Shown here one piece after another: positions 21,136-30,715 of a stretch of 64,000 nucleotides of DNA (the first letter of the stretch is position 1; every line of letters begins with the position of its first letter). Made by a program: the position numbers and the translations under genes. Under the pieces are notes generated by a model that saw only the letters and a program-made list of their open reading frames with translations, was not told the DNA's origin and made no database searches. The DNA is from an uncultured Hydrogenophaga sp. GTDB lineage: Bacteria; Pseudomonadota; Gammaproteobacteria; Burkholderiales; Burkholderiaceae_C. The stretch spans positions 754 to 64,753 of the forward strand of contig CAZJZD010000012.1 in the NCBI GenBank assembly GCA_964550405.1. The letters are read 5' to 3'.

Positions 21136-21942
21136 TCAGTAGTAGTTGCCCAGCAGGGAGATCACCTCGATCAGCAGCAGCACCGAAAACAGGCGCGCGA
21201 ATTCGCTGATGTCGCTGCGCCGGCCATAGCGGCCGTCGGCGTCGCGCTGGCCCGCGGCGGCCAGCGGCACCACGGCCACCGCCAGGCTGAAGAAGAAGGT
21301 CTTGAGGGTGAAGATCAGCGTGACCGCGGGTGTGAACACGCTGCCCACGCTGCGCGTGTAGGCCGGCAGGCCCCAGGGCGAAAAACCGTAGACCGTGAGG
21401 TAGGCCAGCACCAGCGCCACCACACAGCTGATCGCGGCCAGCAACAGCATGGAGAACATCGTGGCCAGCGCACGCGGCAACAACTCGGCCCGCAGCAGCA
21501 GCCAGTCGGCGTGTTCGATGCCGTCCTGCTGCTGCGCGGCCAGCAGACGGCGAATGCGTTGTGCGCCCGGCATGGCGTAGCGCAAGGCCACGAACAGCGC
21601 GGCGTACAGCGGGATCAGCTCCAGCACCAGGGTGCGCACCAGCACCTCCAGCGCGTACTGGGACAGGCCGTAGCTGTAGGCGGTGGCCACCACGATGCGG
21701 ATCAGCACCACGCTGATCAGGGCCGAGAGCACGACAAACCAGGTCAGCAGCGGCGCGGTGGCCACGTACAGGTTGAGCAGCACCACCCGGCGCTGTTCCG
21801 CCGGCCGGTAGCTCGACGGCAGCACCGCCAGCACCAGAATCTGTGCCGCCAGCAGCACGACCTGCCACCAGGCCACCCAGCCCGTTCGAATGCGCCGGCC
21901 CCAGCGGGTCAGGGCGTTGACAGCGGTTTCCTGGGGATGCAT
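21136..21942 (-). CDS. MlaE-family ABC permease
   Basis: LVRTLVLELIPLYAALFVALR, multiple TMs; start at MHPQ inferred. Confidence 0.8.
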   Translation of the reverse strand: MHPQETAVNALTRWGRRIRTGWVAWWQVVLLAAQILVLAVLPSSYRPAEQRRVVLLNLYVATAPLLTWFVVLSALISVVLIRIVVATAYSYGLSQYALEVLVRTLVLELIPLYAALFVALRYAMPGAQRIRRLLAAQQQDGIEHADWLLLRAELLPRALATMFSMLLLAAISCVVALVLAYLTVYGFSPWGLPAYTRSVGSVFTPAVTLIFTLKTFFFSLAVAVVPLAAAGQRDADGRYGRRSDISEFARLFSVLLLIEVISLLGNYY

Positions 21943-23057
21943 GACCGCATGATAGGCGCGCCTGTCGCAGCGGGCGCAACGCTCTGCAACAGCGCCCAGG
22001 TCACCTGTTCGCGCACCACTGGGTCCGGGTGCCCGGCCTGTGCCGACAGGGCGGCGCGCATCGCCGGATCGTCCCGCTGCCGCAACGCATTGCCCATAGC
22101 CAGTGCGAGGTTGCGCTGCCAGCGCGCGTGGCCGATGCGGCGGATGGGGCTGCCTTCGGTGCGGCGCAGAAACTCGTCCTCGGTCCACGCGAACAGTTCC
22201 ACCAGCGTGGCGCCGGTCAGCCCTTCGCGCGGGTCGAAGTCGGGCAGCGGGCTGCGCTGCGCAAATTTGTTCCAGGGGCAGGCGAGCTGGCAGTCGTCAC
22301 AACCGTAGATGCGGTTGCCGATCAGCGGGCGCAGCTCATCGGGAATCGGACCGGCGTGTTCGATGGTGAGGTAAGAGATGCAACGGCGTGCGTCGAGCCG
22401 GTGGGGTGCGACGATGGCCTGGGTGGGGCAGACCTCGATGCAGGCGCTGCAGGCGCCGCAATGCTCGGTGACGGGTTCGCTCGCGGGCAGCGCCAGGCCC
22501 ACATAGATCTCGCCCAGGAAGAACATGGACCCGCCCTCGCGGTTCAGGACAAGCGTGTGCTTGCCACGCCAGCCCTGGCCACTGCGCCGGGCCAGTTCGG
22601 CTTCGAGCACCGGCGCGGAATCGGTGAACACGCGATGGCCGAAGGGCCCCACCTCGGTCGCGATGCGCTCGGCCAGCTTCTGCAGCCGGCTGCGCAGCAC
22701 CTTGTGGTAGTCCCGCCCGCGGGCATAGACCGAGACGATGGCCTCGCCTGGCCGCTGCAGGCGTTGCTGCTCGGTGTCGGTCCAGCCGTCCGGTGTGTTC
22801 CGCGGCAGGTAGTCGAGCCGCGCGGTGATGACGCTGACCGTGCCCGGCACCAGCTCGGCCGGCCGCGCGCGCCGCAGGCCGTGGCTTTCCATGTAACCCA
22901 TGCCCCCATGGAACCCGGCGGCCAGCCAGGCCTGCAAGCCGGCCTCGGCATCGGACAGGTCCACCCCGGTCACGCCGATTTGGGAGAATCCCAGCTCCCG
23001 GCCCCAGGCCTGAACCTTGTCCAGCAGTTGAGCAGCATCGAATCCGGTGGTCGTCAT
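21909..23057 (-). CDS. queG: Epoxyqueuosine reductase
   Basis: YARGRDYHKVLR, FTDSAPVLE, CGACSACIEVCP and GCDDCQLACPWN Fe-S motifs. Confidence 0.95.
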   Translation of the reverse strand: MTTTGFDAAQLLDKVQAWGRELGFSQIGVTGVDLSDAEAGLQAWLAAGFHGGMGYMESHGLRRARPAELVPGTVSVITARLDYLPRNTPDGWTDTEQQRLQRPGEAIVSVYARGRDYHKVLRSRLQKLAERIATEVGPFGHRVFTDSAPVLEAELARRSGQGWRGKHTLVLNREGGSMFFLGEIYVGLALPASEPVTEHCGACSACIEVCPTQAIVAPHRLDARRCISYLTIEHAGPIPDELRPLIGNRIYGCDDCQLACPWNKFAQRSPLPDFDPREGLTGATLVELFAWTEDEFLRRTEGSPIRRIGHARWQRNLALAMGNALRQRDDPAMRAALSAQAGHPDPVVREQVTWALLQSVAPAATGAPIMRSCIPRKPLSTP

Positions 23058-23066
23058 GACCCGCGC

Positions 23067-23609
23067 ATTGTAGGAACGCCCCCCGGCGACGGCGGGCTGG
23101 TCTGGCGTGGCCGCTGGGACGACGAGGCCGCCACGGCCGCTTTCGCCCAGCGCCTGGCCGCCTGCCCGGCCATCGCCCACGCCACGCTGACGTTGCAGGG
23201 CGACCTGGGTGCCGGCAAGACCACGTTTGTGCGGCACCTGCTGCGCGCGCTGGGCGTGCGCGGGCGCATCAAGAGCCCCACCTACGCGGTCGTGGAACCG
23301 CACAGCGCCATCGACTGCCCGCTGATGCCGCCGGGCGAGCCGCTGTCCATCTGGCACTTTGACTTCTACCGTTTCAGCGACCCGCGCGAATGGGAAGACG
23401 CGGGTTTCCGGGAACTGTTCGCCAGTCCGGGCCTCAAGCTGGTGGAGTGGCCCGAGCGGGCCGCCGGCGTCATGCCCGCGGCGGACGCCGAACTGCTCAT
23501 CGAACCCGATCCCATGCAAACCGATCCCGAGCACGACGACAGGCGTCTGCTGCGCCTGACCGCTTTCACCCCCGCAGGACGGCAGCTGGTGGCCGCGCTC
23601 GGCGCATGA
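23067..23609 (+). CDS. tsaE: t6A biosynthesis ATPase TsaE (start uncertain)
   Basis: LQGDLGAGKTTFVR, IKSPTYAVVE, WHFDFYRF, LVEWPE; between queG and amidase. Confidence 0.9.
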   Translation: MVGTPPGDGGLVWRGRWDDEAATAAFAQRLAACPAIAHATLTLQGDLGAGKTTFVRHLLRALGVRGRIKSPTYAVVEPHSAIDCPLMPPGEPLSIWHFDFYRFSDPREWEDAGFRELFASPGLKLVEWPERAAGVMPAADAELLIEPDPMQTDPEHDDRRLLRLTAFTPAGRQLVAALGA

Positions 23610-25090
23610 GCGGCAACACCCGTCACGCCCGCCGACGGCTGCTGCAGGCGGGCTCGCTGGTGCTGCTGCTGGGCGTTCAGCACCTGGCGCGAGGCGCCAG
23701 CGTGGTGGCGGTGCGCATCTGGCCGGCGCAGGACTACACCCGCATCACGATCGAATCGGACGGTGCGCTCAAGGTTCACACCGTCACGTCCGACGCCACC
23801 CGGCTGGCGCTGGACATCGAAGGCATCGACCTGCTGCCCGGCCTGCGCGAACTGGTGGGGCAGCTCAAGAGCAGCGACCCCAACATCGCGGCCATCCGCG
23901 TGGCCCAGGGCAAGGGCGAGCTGGTGCGCCTGAGCGTGGACCTCAAGCAGGCCGTCAAGCCGCAGGTTTTCCACCTGCTGCCGGTGGCGGCCTACCAGCA
24001 CCGCCTGGTGCTGGACCTGTACCCGGCCCAGGAGATCGACCCGCTGGAGCAGCTGGTGGCCCAGCGACTGAAGGAACTGGACGCCGCCAGCGCGCGTGCG
24101 GCCCGTCTGCTGGGCCACGAACTGGACGTGGCCGAGAGCGCGCCCCACCCGCTGAACCCCACGCTCCCCGACGCACGGGACCCGCTGGGGGAGCTGATCG
24201 CACAGCGGGAACGGGAACGCAGGCCCCCGGGGGCCCCGCGCGCGCCGGCCGGCCCCACCGGTGCCGATCCCACGGTCACGGCCAGCACACCATCACCCAA
24301 GGGAGACCGCGCCGGGGTGGGCGCCACCGTCAGCCCCGGCACGGGCAGCGGCAAGGCCGGCGCCACCGAGCGGCTGATCATCGTGGCGCTCGACCCCGGG
24401 CACGGCGGCGAAGATCCGGGCGCCATCGGCCCGGCCGGCACCTACGAAAAACACGTGGTGCTGAGCATCGCGCACAAGCTGCGCGAGCGCATCAACGCCA
24501 CCCGCATCAAGGGCAACCCCATGCGCGCCTTCATGACGCGCGATGCCGACTTCTTCGTGCCGCTGGGCACACGGGTGAGCAAGGCCCAGCGCGTCAAGGC
24601 CGACCTGTTCATCAGCATCCATGCCGATGCCTTCATGAGCCCGCAACCGGCCGGCGCCAGCGTGTTCGCCCTCAGCACCCGGGGCGCCAGCAGCGCCACC
24701 GCGCGCTGGATGGCCAACAAGGAAAACGCGGCCGACCTGGTGGGCGGCATCAATGTGAAAACCAGGGACGCCACCGTGCAGCGTGCCCTGCTGGACATGA
24801 GCACCACCGCCCAGATCAAGGACAGCCTCAAGCTGGGCAGCGCGATGCTGGGCGAGGTCGGGCGCGTGGGCAAGCTGCACAAGCCGCGCGTGGAGCAGGC
24901 CGGGTTCGCGGTGCTCAAGGCGCCGGACATCCCCAGTGTGCTGGTGGAAACCGGCTTCATCAGCAACCCCGGCGAAGAGCAGCGCCTGCGCGACGAGGCC
25001 TACCAGGACCAGCTGGCCGACGCCCTGATGCGCGGCATCGTCAAGTACTTCAGCGCCAACCCGCCACTGGCGCGCAACCGGTCGATGTGA
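23606..25090 (+). CDS. amiC: N-acetylmuramoyl-L-alanine amidase (AmiC-like) with AMIN domain
   Basis: Tat-like RRRLLQ signal, VRIWPAQDYTRITIE, LDPGHGGEDPGAIG, FISIHAD, VLVETGFISN. Confidence 0.9.
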   Translation: MSGNTRHARRRLLQAGSLVLLLGVQHLARGASVVAVRIWPAQDYTRITIESDGALKVHTVTSDATRLALDIEGIDLLPGLRELVGQLKSSDPNIAAIRVAQGKGELVRLSVDLKQAVKPQVFHLLPVAAYQHRLVLDLYPAQEIDPLEQLVAQRLKELDAASARAARLLGHELDVAESAPHPLNPTLPDARDPLGELIAQRERERRPPGAPRAPAGPTGADPTVTASTPSPKGDRAGVGATVSPGTGSGKAGATERLIIVALDPGHGGEDPGAIGPAGTYEKHVVLSIAHKLRERINATRIKGNPMRAFMTRDADFFVPLGTRVSKAQRVKADLFISIHADAFMSPQPAGASVFALSTRGASSATARWMANKENAADLVGGINVKTRDATVQRALLDMSTTAQIKDSLKLGSAMLGEVGRVGKLHKPRVEQAGFAVLKAPDIPSVLVETGFISNPGEEQRLRDEAYQDQLADALMRGIVKYFSANPPLARNRSM

Positions 25091-25186
25091 ACAGGTCACA
25101 ATTTTCTATCGCCTGCGAAATGGTCAGCACAACAGGTCATCACCATTCAGGCCACTTGTGATGCGTGTGTCCCCGCAGGCACCTGG

Positions 25187-26068
25187 ATGTACCCAGCCGC
25201 AATTGCCGGACAACCCTGGGATACCCGCCGCATCACGCTTGCAGGTCCCTCCGACACCATCATAGGCTTCTTCAACGGGGTGGCGAATACGGAAGAGGCT
25301 GCCCAGAAAAGTCTTGATCGACTTGAAGTTGAGTACGGCCCTCAATACAAAGACACCCCACTCAGGTACGCCCAGTTCTACAACCAGACCGCCTGCGAGG
25401 GAGGCTTTTGCCTGGAGGACATGGCCGAAACCTTCGAGCAGCGCAGCATGGCGCTCAACGGTATGTTCGCTAACCGTTGGGAAACCTTCTGGGAAATTCT
25501 GACGGGCCGGCATCAGCAAGACACATCGCTCACAGGGCGCCTGCTCAACCTGCTGGGCAACGGCAGCAATGCGCTGCTGCAGTGGCTGGACACCACCGCC
25601 ACCGCCGTGCTCAACCAGTTGGTGAACAACACCCTGCGCCTGATGACCTACTTCAGCAACTCGCCCACCGCAGCGGACAGGGCCGACCACAATACCCGGC
25701 TGTGGCGATACGCGGACGATGGCAACCAGTTGCTGTTGGTCGCCCATTCCCAGGGCAACCCGTTCGTCAACAGCGCCTACGACGCACTCATGCGGTTCAA
25801 ACCCGAAGCAAAGGCCCGGGTGGTGCATGTCGCCCCTGCGGCACCGACCCTGCGCGGAGACCATGTGTTAGCAGACATCGACCTCGTGATCAATGCTCTA
25901 CGGGGCACCGGCCTCAGCAGCGTTCCCGATGTCAACATCCATCTGCCCCTGAGCAAGATCGACCCCTCCGGCCACAGCTTCGAACCCACCTACCTCGACA
26001 AATCCCGTGCCGCCTACGCGCGCACCCGAGGCATGATCACCAGCAGCCTGGACACACTCACGCGATGA
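25187..26068 (+). CDS. Alpha/beta-hydrolase (lipase-like), possibly 5' truncated
   Basis: IIGFFNGV, LLLVAHSQGN nucleophile elbow, late GHSF His candidate; frame is open from 25091. Confidence 0.6.
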   Translation: MYPAAIAGQPWDTRRITLAGPSDTIIGFFNGVANTEEAAQKSLDRLEVEYGPQYKDTPLRYAQFYNQTACEGGFCLEDMAETFEQRSMALNGMFANRWETFWEILTGRHQQDTSLTGRLLNLLGNGSNALLQWLDTTATAVLNQLVNNTLRLMTYFSNSPTAADRADHNTRLWRYADDGNQLLLVAHSQGNPFVNSAYDALMRFKPEAKARVVHVAPAAPTLRGDHVLADIDLVINALRGTGLSSVPDVNIHLPLSKIDPSGHSFEPTYLDKSRAAYARTRGMITSSLDTLTR

Positions 26069-26082
26069 AAGGGAACAGCGAC

Positions 26083-26628
26083 ATGAACACATCTCAAAAA
26101 GTACTCACCCTTTCGCTGGCGGTCGCAGCGCTCACCGCTTGCGGCGGCAGCGATAAGCCAACGCCCCCCGCCCCGACAGCGGACACTTCCCAAAATCTGG
26201 GTGCGCAGATTCAGGCGCTGGAGGCCAGCGGCCAACTGCCCAAACTGGACCGTTCCACCGACATCAAAGGCCCAGACACTGACAACAACGGCATCCGAGA
26301 CGACATCGATGCTTGGATCGCCGCTCAGCCCATCACTGATCCCCAGAAAAAAGCGGCGCAACAAATGGCCAGAGTCCAGCAGGCAGCTTTGGTTGCGGAT
26401 CTGAGCGACAAGTCCACCTTGCAGATTCTCGGGGATAGATCGATGGCAGCAGTGAAGTGCCTTCGACAGTCGTTCATGCCCGATTACCAAAAAGGATATG
26501 ACTTGGTTGATCAAATCGAAGCGAAAACGGCCAACACCAAAGAGCGCACCAAACAGTACATTGCCTACAACCGCGCTGCGTCGGGCAGTGTCACAGAGCT
26601 TGCGCCGGGCAACAACTGCGAGCCGTGA
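26083..26628 (+). CDS. Lipoprotein, paralog 1 of DxDNNGIRDD family (putative immunity)
   Basis: LTACGG lipobox; LDRSTDIKGPDTDNNGIRDDIDAWI; alternative ATG at 26065. Confidence 0.7.
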   Translation: MNTSQKVLTLSLAVAALTACGGSDKPTPPAPTADTSQNLGAQIQALEASGQLPKLDRSTDIKGPDTDNNGIRDDIDAWIAAQPITDPQKKAAQQMARVQQAALVADLSDKSTLQILGDRSMAAVKCLRQSFMPDYQKGYDLVDQIEAKTANTKERTKQYIAYNRAASGSVTELAPGNNCEP

Positions 26629-27179
26629 ACGCCGTCCCAACCATCCGCTCACACATGCGCTTGTTGCTCAGCGGCTGCCTTCTGCTTTCCGCCTGCGGCG
26701 GCAGCGACAAGTCTGCAATATCGTCAATTGCTGCAGTTCCGTCCAGCGTGGCCGCTCAGATCCAATCCTTGGAAAGCAGCGGCCAGGTCCCCAAGCTGGA
26801 CAGCTCTACGGACATCGAGGGCCCCGACACCGACAACAACGGCATCCGCGACGACATCGACGCCTGGATCGCCGCTCAGCCCATCCCCGACACTCAAAAG
26901 AAGGCGGCGCAGCAGATGGCCCGTGTCCATCAAGCAAAAATACTGGTCGATCTCAATGAAAAAGCTGCATTGCAGGCTTTGGGAGAACGATCGGCTGCTG
27001 GCGTTGTTTGTCTTGGCGACGTATTTATGCCTGACCGCCAAAAAGGCCGTGACTTGAGAGCCCAACTCGAAGGCATGATGGCCAACACAAAGGAGCGTGC
27101 CAAGCAATACATAGCCTACAACCGTGCCGTGTCAGGCTCATCAGGTCGCGTCCCCGAGGGAAACACCTGCGAGCCATGA
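26625..27179 (+). CDS. Lipoprotein, paralog 2 (putative immunity)
   Basis: LSACGG lipobox; LDSSTDIEGPDTDNNGIRDDIDAWI; GTGA overlap with paralog 1. Confidence 0.7.
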   Translation: MNAVPTIRSHMRLLLSGCLLLSACGGSDKSAISSIAAVPSSVAAQIQSLESSGQVPKLDSSTDIEGPDTDNNGIRDDIDAWIAAQPIPDTQKKAAQQMARVHQAKILVDLNEKAALQALGERSAAGVVCLGDVFMPDRQKGRDLRAQLEGMMANTKERAKQYIAYNRAVSGSSGRVPEGNTCEP

Positions 27180-27211
27180 CCCGTACAAGCTGAACGCAGA
27201 GAACTGCATTC

Positions 27212-27949
27212 ATGAGGTTGTCCGTCAAGGTTGCTGGCTGGTTCATCTTCGCCAATATGGCCATGATGTCCGCACCAGGGGCTGTTGTCGTCACCCTGGG
27301 CTTATGGCCTTTGCGGCCTTGGCTGCCACCCATGGCCCATGACGGCGGGTTCAACCTCACCGTGTTGGCTGGCTATCTATGGCCCATCGGTATGCCTTTC
27401 GTGGTCTGGGCGCTGGATCGCTGGAAACCACGATGGGGCACATGGGTGTACCGTGGATCAGTGGCCCTTGCCTTGTACGTCTGGGCCATTCTGGTGACGC
27501 TGCTCACGCTGCTGATGGTGGCGGATTGGGTGCCGATGACCACGGCATCCGGACAGCGGCTGCAACTCGACCATTCCAGTGACATCAAAGGCCCCGACGC
27601 CGACAACAACGGCATCCGCGACGACATCGATGCCTGGATCGCTGCACAACCCATTACCGATGAGCAGAAGAAGGCGGCTTGTCAAATGGCCAGAGCCCAG
27701 CAAGCCACGCTGATGGCGGACCTTACGGACAAAGCCGCATTGGATCAATTGGGCGACAGGACCATGCGTGGCGTGGACTGTCTAGCTGATCGCTTTGAGC
27801 CAGACTATCAAACAGGCTTGGACCTGAGCGCAAAGATCGAAGCTATCACAGCCAACACCATCGAGCGCGCCAAACAATACAACGCCTACAACCGGTCGAG
27901 TTCTGGGGGCTCAGGCAGACTTCCGAAGGGCGACAACTGCGAACCGTGA
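27212..27949 (+). CDS. Membrane-anchored paralog 3 (putative immunity)
   Basis: About three N-terminal TM helices fused to LDHSSDIKGPDADNNGIRDDIDAWI domain ending in NCEP. Confidence 0.65.
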   Translation: MRLSVKVAGWFIFANMAMMSAPGAVVVTLGLWPLRPWLPPMAHDGGFNLTVLAGYLWPIGMPFVVWALDRWKPRWGTWVYRGSVALALYVWAILVTLLTLLMVADWVPMTTASGQRLQLDHSSDIKGPDADNNGIRDDIDAWIAAQPITDEQKKAACQMARAQQATLMADLTDKAALDQLGDRTMRGVDCLADRFEPDYQTGLDLSAKIEAITANTIERAKQYNAYNRSSSGGSGRLPKGDNCEP

Positions 27950-28603
27950 TCAGACCGCGTCGACCTTGGCGTTGCGCTGGTGGCGCCAGGCGCCGAAGAT
28001 GGCGATCAGCCCCGGCACGATGATCAGTGCCCAGATGATCTTGGAGAGGTTGGCCTGCACCCAGGGCAGATTGCCGAAGAAGTAGCCGGCCGCCGTAAGG
28101 CCGATCACCCAGATCACAGCACCCACCACGTTGTAGGCGGTGAACTTGCTGCGGGTCATCTCGGCCACCCCCGCCACGAAGGGCGCGAAGGTGCGGATGA
28201 AGGGCATGAAGCGCGCGATGATGATGGTCACGCCACCGTAACGCTCGTAGAAGTTGTGCGCCTGGTTGAAAGCGTTCTTGTTGAAGAAACGCGAGTTCTC
28301 CCATTGGAACACCTTGGGCCCGAAATAGCGGCCGATGGTGTAGTTGCACTGGTCGCCCAGGATGGCGGCCACCAGCATCAGGCCAGCCGCGAGGGACCAG
28401 TCCATCAGCCCGGCGCCGCACAGCGCTCCGACGATGAACAGCAGCGAATCCCCCGGCAGGAAGGGCATGACCACCACGCCGGTTTCCACGAAGATGATCA
28501 GGAACAGCAGGGCATAGACCCAGGCGCCGTAGGCCTGCACAAAGGCCTGCAGGTGTTTGTCAACGTGCAGGATGAAGTCGATCAAGAAGGCAATGAGTTC
28601 CAT
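27950..28603 (-). CDS. dedA: DedA family membrane protein
   Basis: IIFVETG...PFLPGDSLLF, ARFMPFIRTFAPFVAG. Confidence 0.93.
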   Translation of the reverse strand: MELIAFLIDFILHVDKHLQAFVQAYGAWVYALLFLIIFVETGVVVMPFLPGDSLLFIVGALCGAGLMDWSLAAGLMLVAAILGDQCNYTIGRYFGPKVFQWENSRFFNKNAFNQAHNFYERYGGVTIIIARFMPFIRTFAPFVAGVAEMTRSKFTAYNVVGAVIWVIGLTAAGYFFGNLPWVQANLSKIIWALIIVPGLIAIFGAWRHQRNAKVDAV

Positions 28604-28642
28604 GGGCGTGGATTATCACAGCGGCTTCCTACAATCACCGGG

Positions 28643-30580
28643 GTGAACGCTCACCACCCAGCCCCCCGCCGCCCCATCCGTGAACTGCCCGACGAGCTGA
28701 TCAGCCAGATCGCGGCCGGCGAGGTGGTCGAGCGCCCCGCTTCCGTGGTGCGCGAACTGGTGGACAACGCGCTGGACGCTGGCGCCAGCCAGATCACCGT
28801 GCGGCTGCAGGCCGGTGGCATCCGGCTCATCAGCGTGGAGGACGACGGCATCGGCATCCTGCGCGAGGAGCTGCCCACCGCGCTCAAGCGCCACGCCACC
28901 AGCAAGATCGCCAGCCTGAACGACCTGGAAGCCGTGGACACCATGGGTTTTCGAGGCGAGGCGCTGGCGGCCATCTGCTCCATCGCCGAGGTCTCGGTGC
29001 TGACCCGCACCGAAGAGGGCAGCGCCCATGGCTGGCTGCTCGACGGCCGCAGCGGCGAGCTGCAGCCCACCGCCCGCGCGCGCGGCACCACGGTGGAGGT
29101 GCGCGAGCTGTTCTTTGCCACGCCCGCGCGGCGCAAGTTCCTCAAGTCCGAAAGCACCGAGCTGGCGCACTGCATCGAAGCCGTGCGCCGCCACGCGCTG
29201 GCCCGGCCCGAGGTCGGTTTTGCCATCTGGCACGACGGCAAGCTGGTCGCGCAGTGGCGCGCGGTGGCGCCCGATCTGGCCGGCGGCGAACACCTGCTGG
29301 ACGCGCTGCGCCGCCGCCTGGCCGACGTGCTGGGCGAAGAGTTCATCGACAACGCCGTGGCGGTGAACTGGCCGGTGGATGACGTGCCCGGCGAGGTCGC
29401 CACCGCAGGTGGCCAGCAGCGGCTGCGCGTCTGGGGATTCGCGGGCGTGCCCGACGCGGCCCGCTCGCGCGCCGACTGGCAGTTCGCCTACGTCAACGGC
29501 CGCTTCGTGCGCGACAAGGTCATCACCCACGCCGCGCGCAGCGCCTACGAAGACGTGCTGCACGGCCACCGCCAGCCGGTGTACGCGCTGTACGTGAGCA
29601 TCGACCCGACGCGGGTGGACGTGAACGTGCACCCGACCAAGATCGAGGTGCGCTTCCGCGACAGCCGCGAAGTGCACCAGGCGGTTCGCCATGCGGTGGA
29701 GGGCGCACTGGCCGCGCCGCGGTCGGCGCAGACACTGCCGGTGTCGGCTGCAACCCCGTCTGCCGCGCCGGTCGAACCACCGTCGGCGTTCCTCAGCCCG
29801 GTGCCGCGCCAGCAACCCCTGCCCTGGCGGCCGGACACGCCGCGGGTCGGTCAGCGCGTGAGCGATCTGGAGGCGCTGTGGCAGCCGTCGCAACGGGCTG
29901 CGGCCACGCCGGATGCCCCCGGCAGCCGCGCACCCGGGCCGACCTTCACGTCGCCCCAGCCCGAGCCACAAGCGCCCGCCCCCCTGCCCGACGGCGAATG
30001 GCCGCTGGGCCGTGCCATCGCGCAGCTGCACGGCGTCTACATCCTGGCCGAGAACGCGCAGGGCCTGGTGGTGGTGGACATGCACGCTGCCCACGAGCGC
30101 ATCGTCTACGAACGCCTCAAGCAGCAGCTGGACGCGCACCAGGTCGCCAGCCAGCCGCTGCTGATCCCGGCCACCTTTGCGGCCACGCCTGAAGAAGTCG
30201 CCACCGCCGAGACCACCGCCGAGGTGCTGGCCCAGCTCGGTCTGGAAGTCGTGCCGTTTTCGCCCAGGACCCTGGCGGTGCGGTCCGTGCCCACCACCCT
30301 GGCGGCCGGCGACCCGGTGGAACTGGCGCGCGGCGTGCTGGCCGAATTGAGCCAGCACGACGCCAGCACGGTGGTGCAGCGCGCACGCAACGAGCTGCTA
30401 GCCACCATGGCCTGCCACGGCGCGGTGCGCGCCAACCGCCGCCTGACCCTGGACGAGATGAACGCCCTGCTGCGCCAGATGGAAGTGACCGAACGCAGCG
30501 ACCAGTGCAACCACGGCCGGCCCACCTGGCGCCAGCTCGGCATGAAGGACCTGGACGCGCTGTTCCTGCGCGGCCGGTAA
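28643..30580 (+). CDS. mutL: DNA mismatch repair protein MutL
   Basis: IAAGEVVERPASVVRELVDNALDAG, HATSKI, GFRGEAL, DMHAAHER, CNHGRPTW; GTG start. Confidence 0.97.
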   Translation: MNAHHPAPRRPIRELPDELISQIAAGEVVERPASVVRELVDNALDAGASQITVRLQAGGIRLISVEDDGIGILREELPTALKRHATSKIASLNDLEAVDTMGFRGEALAAICSIAEVSVLTRTEEGSAHGWLLDGRSGELQPTARARGTTVEVRELFFATPARRKFLKSESTELAHCIEAVRRHALARPEVGFAIWHDGKLVAQWRAVAPDLAGGEHLLDALRRRLADVLGEEFIDNAVAVNWPVDDVPGEVATAGGQQRLRVWGFAGVPDAARSRADWQFAYVNGRFVRDKVITHAARSAYEDVLHGHRQPVYALYVSIDPTRVDVNVHPTKIEVRFRDSREVHQAVRHAVEGALAAPRSAQTLPVSAATPSAAPVEPPSAFLSPVPRQQPLPWRPDTPRVGQRVSDLEALWQPSQRAAATPDAPGSRAPGPTFTSPQPEPQAPAPLPDGEWPLGRAIAQLHGVYILAENAQGLVVVDMHAAHERIVYERLKQQLDAHQVASQPLLIPATFAATPEEVATAETTAEVLAQLGLEVVPFSPRTLAVRSVPTTLAAGDPVELARGVLAELSQHDASTVVQRARNELLATMACHGAVRANRRLTLDEMNALLRQMEVTERSDQCNHGRPTWRQLGMKDLDALFLRGR

Positions 30581-30582
30581 AA

Positions 30583-30663
30583 CGCACCAAAACAAGGCCA
30601 GCCAGCCAAATACATCGCCCATTTGATGCACCATTAGCGGGCTTTAAGCACCATTAAAGAGCC
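30583..30663. promoter_or_regulatory. Three NtrC-like GCACCA half-sites upstream of gdhA
   Basis: CGCACCAAA (30583), TGCACCATTA (30627), AGCACCATTA (30647). Confidence 0.45.
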
Positions 30664-30715
30664 TTTTGAATGGTGAAATGCCGGTTTTTCATAATGTCAT
30701 GCACTTTTTTGGAGC

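Noticed and set aside
22029-23066. N-terminal extension of the 526-aa ORF containing tsaE
   Set aside because: Antisense to queG; only the last ~180 aa look like TsaE
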